Made by a program: the position numbers and the translations under genes | The notes under the pieces: generated by a model | Seen by the model: only the letters and a program-made list of their open reading frames with translations | Databases searched by the model: none | Told to the model about the DNA's origin: nothing | DNA from: Octopus vulgaris | Taxonomy: Eukaryota | Assembly: GCA_951406725.2 (NCBI GenBank) | Contig: OX597831.1 | Location: 67,270,001-67,334,000 of the forward strand | Length of the DNA stretch: 64,000 nucleotides | Direction of reading: 5' to 3' | In this document: piece by piece, positions 54,137 to 64,000 of the stretch | How positions within the stretch are numbered: the first letter of the stretch is position 1 | Layout of the letters: every line of letters begins with the position of its first letter

Positions 54137-54336
54137 AGTCGCCATGATAGATCGTTAGCCACTACACAGATTTTCTCTCTCCGTGTTTCTCTCCTTGTTT
54201 TTTCTGTGTCCCTTTCTGTAGAAGAGCGTAGGCTCGAAACGTAAAAGACTTTTTCTATTCCTGAGCGTTATACTAATACATCTGTTTGTTTTGTACACCA
54301 CCTGTCTTCGTCTTTTGTTTTTTTCGTAAACTCTCC

Positions 54337-54340
<4 letters not shown>
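54137..54340 (+). mobile_element. Hammerhead mini-element family C (ribozyme 54212-54247)
   Basis: CTTT-CTGTAGA-A-GAGC-gtag-GCTC-GAAA-CGTA-AAAG. Confidence 0.78.
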
Positions 54341-54375
<35 letters not shown>

Positions 54376-54379
<4 letters not shown>

Positions 54380-55005
54380 CTCTATTTATGAGATGAGGAA
54401 TTGTATACATTATTCACATTATTTATATTTGACGTATATTTGTTCTCATCTTATTTGTTCTTAACACAACGTTTCGGCTGATATACCCTCCAGGCTTCAT
54501 CAGATGTTTTGGGGAAATTTCGAACCTGGGTTCTCATTCCTAAGGTATTTATTTGATGTTGTTATTATTACTATTATTAAGGTCACTGCCTGGAATCGAA
54601 CTAGGAATCTTCTGGAGGATATATCAGCCGAAACGTTGTGTTAACAACAAAAAAGATGAGGACAAATATCCGTCAAATAGAAATAATGTAAATAATGTAA
54701 ATAATGTAAATAATGTACATAATTCCTCATCTCTTAAATATAGAAATGTATTATCTAATCGGTACGGAACCGACATTAGACTTCAACGGAGACATATAGA
54801 GAAACTCCATCAAAAACTAAAGATTCCGAGTTCGATTCCAGACAGGGACCTTAATTATAATAATAACAACATCAAAAAAATACCTTAGGAATGAGAAACC
54901 AGGTTCGAAATTTCCCCAAGACACCTGATGAAGGCTGGAGGGTATATCAGCCGAAACGTTGTGAAGGTGAGGACAAATATCCGTCAAACATAAATAATGT
55001 AAATA

Positions 55006-55010
<5 letters not shown>
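54376..55010. mobile_element. Inverted plus tandem array of a hammerhead element with a tRNA T-arm-like segment (family A-HHR)
   Basis: Ribozymes at 54463-54508 (-), 54614-54642 (+, partial) and 54921-54963 (+); GAGTTCGATTCC at 54828-54839. Confidence 0.8.
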
Positions 55011-55040
<30 letters not shown>

Positions 55041-55076
55041 CCCCGGCTACACCTCTCCTACCTTCGGATCACTGTG

Positions 55077-55130
<54 letters not shown>

Positions 55131-55330
55131 GTATATATATATATATATATATATATCATTTATATTATTGTGTGTGTGTGTGTGTGTTTCCGCCTACCAC
55201 ACCGATTCACAAGGCTTTGGTCGGCCCGAAGCTAGAGTAGAAGACCCTTGCCCAAGATACCACGCAGTGTGACTGAACCCGGAGGCATGTGGTTGAGAAG
55301 CAAGCTTCTTACTACACAGCCACTCCTACG

Positions 55331-55374
<44 letters not shown>

Positions 55375-55395
55375 GTAAATATATATATATATATA

Positions 55396-55885
55396 CCGTA
55401 AATCCTCGAGTATAATCCGCAGTTTTTTCCCAAAATTTAAAGGTCAAAATCCCTAGTGCGTACTATATACGAGGTTAAAAATAAAAATTATTTTCCAAGC
55501 AATATCCGAGTCTCTATCGGCTGTCCGGCAATATTTATTCAGACGCATTTTGTGATGTCGGGAGCGAAAATACCTTAAGCTAAGCCTGAAAGCAATGAAG
55601 TCATAAAAGTAACATTTATTAAACGTTATTACTGTTATTTCTTTATTTTCTGCAAATAAAATGCACAAAAGAGCTACACGTTTGCATTATGTTATATATA
55701 CAATAATAATAAAGGACGTTACCGTATACAGTTTTACAAACCAAGGACGTTATATAGACCTCTTTGGCTCAAGTTAGAGAAGAGGGGCGTATTATACACA
55801 AGGTTTCGGTTTTTCAGAGGTACAGCCCCCTAAAAAATCACCTGCGTATTATACTCAAGGGCGAACTATACTCGAGGATTTATGG
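55396..55885. mobile_element. Tc1/pogo(Tc2)-type MITE
   Basis: TA-flanked TIRs CCGTAAATCCTCGAGTATA / TATACTCGAGGATTTATGG; subterminal GCGTA.TATA..C.AGG repeats. Confidence 0.8.
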
Positions 55886-56034
55886 TATATATATATATAT
55901 AAACATACATTCATAGTACAAACATACATTCATAGTATGTACAAATATAAACGTTTATGCATGTGTATGTGCATATATATATATAATGAATATATAATGA
56001 ATATATATGTATTTATGCATGCAGGCATGCATGC

Positions 56035-56067
<33 letters not shown>

Positions 56068-56111
56068 TGTATGTATGTATGTATTATATATATATATATA
56101 TATATATACAT

Positions 56112-56153
<42 letters not shown>

Positions 56154-56168
56154 GTGTGTGTGTATGTA

Positions 56169-56206
<38 letters not shown>

Positions 56207-56243
56207 ATACATACATGCATACATACATACATACGTACGTACG

Positions 56244-56302
<59 letters not shown>

Positions 56303-56352
56303 CATACATGCATACATACAGACATACGTACGTACGTACATACATACATACA

Positions 56353-56385
<33 letters not shown>

Positions 56386-56679
56386 GCATGCATGCCTGCA
56401 TGCATAAATACATATATATTCATTATATATATATATGCACATACACATGCATAAACGTTTATATTTGTACATACTATGAATGTATGTTTGTACTTTTGAA
56501 TGTATATACGGATACGCCACCCGTGTATGAGTAACCGGAGTTGAATCACTCCGAAAATAGATGTCTGTGATAGTCTCTATGGCATTATCTCTTAAAGTAT
56601 TACATATAATCCTACAACAACAAGCCATAGATAAAATATAAAGGAATCATTCATTTGAAATTTAAAGAATGTCTCTTAC

Positions 56680-58396
56680 CGTTTCCGTATGCTAGATCAA
56701 TTTTCTTTTGTCTGTTTTCCATGTGGGGCAAAATATTATTTTCCCAACCTGTGGAATTAGTCGCAGGCAGCTTGTCTCGATCTCCAAACTCTTTTTTAAT
56801 TAGAGTTATAGGTGGAAGCAGAAAATTGTCATTGGTGTGTATATTTTTGATAACATTAAATGAAATTGTTCGTCTTTTGTTTTCCTCATCTACGTTGTTT
56901 TCATCATTATTGCGTGATGAGACTGTCGTATTTGTTTTGTTATTAACGTTGCTTTTGTTGCTCTGAGAATAGCAGCTGTTGTTGAAATTTATGCTGTTAG
57001 CGGTGTTGTTGATATCTATAATGTTGTTTGTTGATGGAGTAGGAGTTGTGGTCGTGGCTGTGGTCGTTGAGGTAGTGCTACTGATGTGATATGTTTTGCT
57101 ATCTTTGACATCGATCGTATGTGTTGTAATTATACTAATGGTGTTGTTATTGCTAGTAGAAATATTTTTTAAAACACCAGCAGTAGTTGCTGTGGTAGGG
57201 AATGAAGTAGTAGCATTGGTAACAGTGGTGTCATCTTGTGAAGTCTTACTGAAAGCCAACAACGATTCACGATGTGTGTCGTCTGCTAATATTTTAACGC
57301 CATTTAATACCGTCGGTTCCTGTGATTGCTGCTGTTGTTGACTCTGACAGTTCTCCTGATGGTGATAATGTCGATGTTGTTGTTCACGATGAAGATGGTG
57401 GTGTTGATGATGATGTTTGTGGTGACGATGTCTCTCAAGAAACTGGATGCTGGTATTAACTTCTTCTTTCACATGTATTGGAATTTCCTCTTTGGCGTAA
57501 CTGTTTTCATTTCTTTCCCCCTTTTTGTATTTTACTTCTGGTTCTGTTATTTGTTCTTCTTTTTCTTTTTCTTCCTCCTCCTCTTCCTCTTCCTCTTCAT
57601 CATCCTCCTCTTCTTCTTCATCTTCTTCTTCATCTTCTTCTTCTTCTTCTCCCCCTCCTCCTCCCTCTCCTTCATTTTCTTCTGTTTCACCTTTATGGCT
57701 TTGCTTGCTTTCATCATCTCCGTCTGTATTCTCGCTACCCTCATCATCGTTATCATTGTCGTTACCATCGAAATCGTTCGCTAAATCTAATTGGTCCTCA
57801 GCATCGGATTGAGATAAAACTTCGACATCTTGTTTGTGTTCTTTTTCTTCATGCTCTTCCCCTTCTCTACTCGAGAGACTAGTCTCTCGATTATAACTGT
57901 CATTTGAATATAAATAATGGAATTTCTGCTGGTGATACAAGAGCTCTTCCGACTGTTTATGAAGCTCATAGATTTGTTGAAACTTTTGATGATGATTTTG
58001 CACTTGGTCATCGTGATGGTGATTCCTATGTTGTTCTTGCAGTTTTTGTTGTTGCTGCTGTAGTTGTTGCTGGTGATGTAGTTGTGGTTGTAGATATAGC
58101 TGTTGCTGGTAATGACTGTGATGGAATTGCTGTTGTTGCTGTTGCTGCCGTCGACGGTATTGTAGTGGCTGTTGGTGTTGCTGCTGTAGATGCCGTACTT
58201 CACGATGATAAAACTTATGTTGCTGACTAACTGAAAGACTTTTAGACCATAGCGTCGGTCTATTAACACTGACTGCATCTGTATAAACAAGCGTTCGTCT
58301 GTCTGAACGTAGTGGTCCCTTCTGTGTTGACAATTTGTCTGACGTCTTCTGACATGTCCGCCTCAAGATATTTTCTATGGAAAATGGCGTCAGCAT
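56680..58396 (-). CDS. First coding exon of an eh1-motif transcriptional repressor, probably NK/ANTP-class homeobox (e.g. NK3/bagpipe- or Lbx-like); DNA-binding exon not in window
   Basis: 1.7-kb open frame; in-frame TAA two codons before the ATG; N-terminal MLTPFSIENIL matches eh1 (FSIxxIL); poly-Q/H, poly-E/D and T/N tracts; phase-1 donor AACG|GTAAGA at 56680/56679. Confidence 0.8.
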
Positions 58397-59142
58397 TTTT
58401 TATTCTTAGTTGATTTTCTTCTTAACACAAGAAAATTTGGCTTGCCTTTTCCAAGTTAACCGCAGATGGTTAATGAATTGGCAAATTGTAAATAGTCTTT
58501 GATGTAGTATAAGTAAAAAAAAACAACAAAAAAAAAACAGCTCCCTGTTTTGAAAGGCTTTTTGAAACGTAAGGGTTAACGGTAGTCGAAGAAACCACTT
58601 ATTGACTAACGTTGACGTAGTATCGCATCATCATCCTTCTCTTTCTTTCTTTCTTTCTTTCTTTCTTTTTTTTTTTTTACCTTTCTTTTAACTTGATTCA
58701 GAAAGTAAATGCTCTGACATGCAATTCAGTTAATGTTTTGCTGTGTAGTTGTGCAGTTATGTAACTTCATACATGTATACTTTTATGAATATATATGTAC
58801 TGTGTAGCCATATAGCTGTATAGGTATCTAGATGGAAGAATGTAGGAAACGGGGCAACTGGAATCGGTAAGTAGTTGATCTTTCTTCATAAAACATTCCA
58901 GGAATCTGTAGAGCAATGTGTTTTGGTGGCAAATTCCCATCTGTAAGTTACTTCTCACTCCCCTTCCTTTTCACTCCCTCTTATCCTTTCTTACTTTCGC
59001 TCTCTCCATGTATGTATATGAGTGTACGTGTGTGTTTGTATATGTGTGAGTTTATGTATATGTATGTAGGTATGTATGTATGTATGTATGTATGTATGTG
59101 TGTGTGTGTATACTCACATAATCAGATAGATTGACAAACAGC

Positions 59143-59289
<147 letters not shown>

Positions 59290-59434
59290 GTTTGAAGATT
59301 ACCAACCTGGATAAATCTACAAGTAACTGTAAACTATTAGTAACTGTAAACAATTCCTACATTAGAGGGTTAGCTGTGTGCGTGTGTATGTATGCATGTA
59401 TATATGTACATAAGTACGTATGTATGTATGCATG

Positions 59435-59497
<63 letters not shown>

Positions 59498-59855
59498 TCT
59501 AGCTGGGCTAAAAAAATTCACATTCGATCACAGCACCAGTAACAGTTAAGCTTCGTGCAATGGCCATACTCGATAACGAGGGGGCAGCCATAATACTGTA
59601 TGCATGTATGCATGTATGTATGTATGTATGTATGTATGTATGTATGTATGTATGTATGTATGTATGTATGTATGTATATGCGACGGCATGTATTACGAGT
59701 TTAGAAATGTTGGAGACTGTGTAAAGACTCCTGCTCACTTCCACATCCAAAAGTAAATCCACGCAAGCAAAAACAATCGTTATTTCCTATTGTTCAGTCC
59801 ATTTGGAATTTTTAACTAACGTAGCTTTCTTTTTCTTCGACCGCGAGGTAGCAGC

Positions 59856-59899
<44 letters not shown>

Positions 59900-60168
59900 C
59901 AGCGGCGGAGGCGACGGCGGCAGCTGTGGTAGTGGTGGTGGTGGTGGTGGTGGTGACTGTCGGTTTCTACATTTCCTCTAAACAGAATCCAACAAATGTA
60001 TATAAAATGACTTGTGGCACAACCAACCGAACAAGCGTCAAATATCCAGCAAACACATCATTTAAGATGTAATCACGGAAAAAATTGTGAATGGGAGGGG
60101 AAAAGGTTACGATATCCGGTGGGAGTTAGTTTTTAAGGATATTATGTGTGGATGATATTGTTAGTACA

Positions 60169-60398
60169 GGCGACGAGCTGGCAGAATCGTTAGCACGCCG
60201 GCGAAATGCGTAGCCGTATTTCGTCTGCCGTTACGTTCTGAGTTCAAATTCCGCCGAGGTCGATTTTACATTTCATCCTTTCGGGGTCGATAAATTAAGT
60301 ACCAGTTACGCACTGGGGTCGATGTAATCGATTTAATCCGTTTGTCCGTCCTTGTTTGTCCCCTCTATGTTTAGCCCCTTGTGGGTAATAAAGAAACA
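60169..60398 (+). mobile_element. SINE family B with 13-bp TSD
   Basis: GATATTGT(T/C)AGTA at 60154-60166 and 60399-60411. Confidence 0.88.
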
Positions 60399-61613
60399 GA
60401 TATTGTCAGTATTATTTGTTATGATGGTTGGGGGTGACGTAGTTTCTATTCCTGTTCCAGGTCGTGTGCCCAGCTATAGTGTTTATTTAACATTTGTTTT
60501 ATATTGGTCGCTGTGTCGACTTGTATTATCTGATATGATGTAGTCTTTCAGATTTTGTTTGTTTGGGGGGTTTTTTGTGTGATTTTCAACGCGTTTGTTT
60601 TAATCTGCTGTTTTATGTTATGTGTGTATGTGTGTGTGTATGTATGTATGTGTGTATGTATGTGTGTGTATGTATGTATGTGTGTATGTGTATATGTATG
60701 TGTATGTGTGTGTATGTATGTATGTATGTATGTATGTATGTATGTATGTATGTGTGTATATATGTGTGTATGTATGTATGTTTGTGTGTATGTATGTGTG
60801 TATGCATGTATGTATGTATGTGTGTGTGTTTGTGTGTATGTATGTATGTGTGTATGTATGTATTATGTGCGTATGTATGTGTGTGTATGCGTGCGTGCGT
60901 GTGTGTGCGTGTGTATGCGTGCGTGCGTGTGTGTGTGTATGTGTGTCTGTGTGTGTCTGTGTGTGTACGCGTGCGTGCGTGTGTGTGTGTGCGTGCGTGC
61001 GTGTGTGTGTGTGTGCGTGTGCGTGTGTGTGTGTAAGTTTTGTTGTTTGCCGTTGTTGTATTTTGCGTTATGTCAATCAATCAATGGTCACTGATAAAGG
61101 GAAAGGAACCGAACCGAACCTGAACCATCGACGTACAATAATAACATCCAAGCCGAGCGCCTCTTCACCGGCGTCTTACGAATCTGCTGCTCAGAATACA
61201 ACTGAGAAAAGAACACAGTTTCCTCTTCGACCACGCCTTCTTTCTCGTTTGTGTTTCTTTAGCTGGTTTCTTAAGGAAAAGCTCAACAGCCAGCCAATAA
61301 CATTGCCCTTGCAACTGCTGTTGTCTGATACGCCGCTGGATATTGAAGGCAGGTGGGATAAGCTGCAGGGGAGAAAGAGCCATGGCCCGAAGAAGTAGGA
61401 GGGGCAACGGGGAAATGTCAATGTAATAATAATAATGATAATAAATGAAATATAGGAAGAGAAGAAATTCGCGGTTAAGAAAAAGAAGAAAGACATGAAT
61501 GAGAAAATGCGGAGAGAAGGAGAAAAGGATGGAAAGAATTTAGAGAAACCGTCGAATAAGGCAGACTGAAGTTTGTGGGATGTCATTGCCGAAGAAAGAT
61601 GGATTCGCTCCTC

Positions 61614-61656
<43 letters not shown>

Positions 61657-62017
61657 ATGTATGTATGTATGTATGTGTGCGTGCGTGTGTGTGTGTATGT
61701 ATGTATGTGTATGTATGTATGTATGTATGTATGTATGTATGTATGTGTGCGTGCGTGTGTGTGTATGTATGTATGTATGTATGTGTGTGTATGTATATAT
61801 ATGTATGTATGTATGTGTGCGTGCGTGTGTGTGTATGTATGTATGTATGTATGTGTGTGTGTATGTATATATATATATGTATGTATGTATATATGTGTAT
61901 ATCTACGCATGTATATATGAATTCGCTCCTATGTGTATGTATGTATGCATGTATGTATGTATGTATGTATCCATGTATGTATCTATATATGCATGTATGT
62001 ATATATGTGTATATGTG

Positions 62018-62049
<32 letters not shown>

Positions 62050-62109
62050 TGTATATATTTATGTAGTTATGTATGCACGCATACATGCATGTATGCATGT
62101 ATGTTTTTA

Positions 62110-62445
62110 TTCTTTATCTTTTATTTGTTTCAGTCATTAGACTGCGGCCATGCTGGGGCAGCGCATTCAAGAAATTTTAGTTGAATGAATGGAACCCCAG
62201 TAATTATTGTTTTTTTTTGTTGCTTTTTGTTTTTTTAAGCCAGGTCTCTTTTGTTGAACAGCTAAGTTACGGGGACGTAAACACACCAACACTTGTTTTC
62301 AAAAGGCGGCGGTGGTGGTGGTGATGGTGGTGGTGGTGGTGGTGGTGGTGGTGGTGGTGGTGGTGGTGGACAAACAGAGAGAGGCAAGCACAAAAACACA
62401 CGCGCACGCACGCACGCACGCACACACATACATTTATTTATCTAT

Positions 62446-62484
<39 letters not shown>

Positions 62485-63290
62485 TACAGGTACGACGGGA
62501 TTTTATTCAGTTTCCTTCTACTAAACTCACACACAAACCGAGGCTACGGTAGAAGACACTTGCCCAAGGTGCCACGCAATGACTGGGCCTGAACCCTGTA
62601 CTATCGGGTTGGGAAGCAAACTTCTTATCACACAACCCACGCCTGCGCCTTCCTATTCTCTTTCTCTTTTCTCTTTTTACTTGTTTCAGTCATTTTGACT
62701 GCTGCCATGCTGGAGCACCGCCTTTAGTCGAGCAACTCGACCCCGGGACTTATTCTTTATAAGCCTAGTACTTATTCTTTCGGTCTCTTTTTCCGAACCG
62801 CTAAGTTATGGAGGACATAAACACACCAGCATCGGTTGTCAAGCAATGCTAGGGGGACAAACACAGACACACAAACATACACGCACATACATATATATAC
62901 ATATATACGACGGGCTTCTATCAGTTTCCGTCTACCAAATCCACTCACAAGGCATTGGTCGGCCCGAAGCTATAGTACAAGTCACTTGCCCAAGGTGCCA
63001 CGCAGTGGGACTGAACCCGGAACCATGTGGTTGGTAAACAAGCTACTTACCACACAGCCACGCCCATCTTTTATTTTTTACTTTTTTCAGTCATAGGCAT
63101 GCGGTCATGCTGGAGCACGACCATAAAGGGTTCAGTCGAATAAATGGACTTCATTACATTAATTTCTAAATCTGGTACTTATTCTATCGATCACTTTTAC
63201 CGAACTGCTAAGTTACGAAGAAGTAAACAAACCAACACCGATTGCAAAGCGGTAGGGGGGGACAAATAAAAGCACACACTCATATATACA
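62110..63290 (-). mobile_element. Cluster of three SINE family A copies (62110-62649, 62656-63065, 63075-63290)
   Basis: Homology to other copies; same orientation. Confidence 0.82.
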
Positions 63291-63453
63291 CACATATCTA
63301 GTTATCTGTCTATCTATCTATATGTACGTATGTATGTACATATATATATATATATAAATTTATATTTAGTAGTGTACGTATTGTGAAAAATTATATGGTT
63401 CAATTTCTGCATATTTGGCATAAGAAATTTTTTCGTGTGCCCTTATTTATAAG

Positions 63454-63550
<97 letters not shown>

Positions 63551-64000
63551 ATGTATGTATATATTTCGTTTTGGGATTTGATTTGCAAGATTCTTTATAT
63601 GAGTTTGTGTGTTGAAGCATATTCTGTTGTGTCTGGGGAGAGTCATTCTCTTTTAGTGCCTTATTAGTGCCTTATTATTTTCAATAGTCTTGAGAGTCAA
63701 GACTATTGAAAAGGTTGCAAGACGCAACGAAAATTTTAGAAAATAAAAATAAGAAATAAGTGGAAATTTTACCGGTGGGTGTGTTAAATAATAAGGCACT
63801 AAAAGAGAATGACTGTGATAACAATGATTATCTGAATATTTGGAAAATCAAGTGCTTCCCATGGTCCAGACAGTATTCCCTGATGGTGAGTGCAGCTTCC
63901 AAGATGACACTGCTCCAATACACACCTCCCATGTGGTTAAGAATTAGCACGAAGAGCATAGTAGTGAGCTACAACACATGAAGTGGCCCCCTCAATCTTC

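Noticed and set aside
56651-56679. ORF-track C-terminus GKRHSLNFK*
   Set aside because: Follows a consensus G|GTAAG donor, so most likely intronic read-through.
57096-58290. Overlapping ORFs within the eh1 exon
   Set aside because: Antisense or alternate-frame shadows of low-complexity coding sequence.

Overview
AT-rich, microsatellite-saturated eukaryotic DNA. The SINE families and repeat landscape look like an octopus/coleoid cephalopod genome; this is inferred from memory of the repeat families, not from a search. The only host gene seen is a large first coding exon on the minus strand (58396->56680). It encodes an N-terminal eh1 motif (MLTPFSIENIL) followed by poly-Q/H, acidic and T/N-rich low-complexity tracts and ends at a G|GTAAG donor. 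It is probably an NK/ANTP-class homeobox repressor whose DNA-binding exon lies outside the window, so 1-56679 is likely one intron of more than 56 kb. That region holds TE relics: R4/Dong, RTE, CR1 and L1/Tx1-like ORF1 fragments, two Penelope-like GIY-YIG fragments, hAT, MULE and Tc1/mariner remnants, Merlin-like and Tc1/pogo MITEs, non-autonomous Helitrons and three tRNA-SINE families. The main hidden signal is a dense set of type-I hammerhead ribozyme motifs (about 15 recognisable copies, at least 7 sequence families). They sit in small elements embedded in (TA)n tracts, are often arranged as long inverted repeats, and one family links directly to a Penelope-like element. They include a 352-nt multi-hairpin retrozyme-like unit and a family with a fixed non-canonical core (CUGUNGA). 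Most six-frame ORFs are microsatellite artefacts. Coordinates of degenerate elements are approximate.
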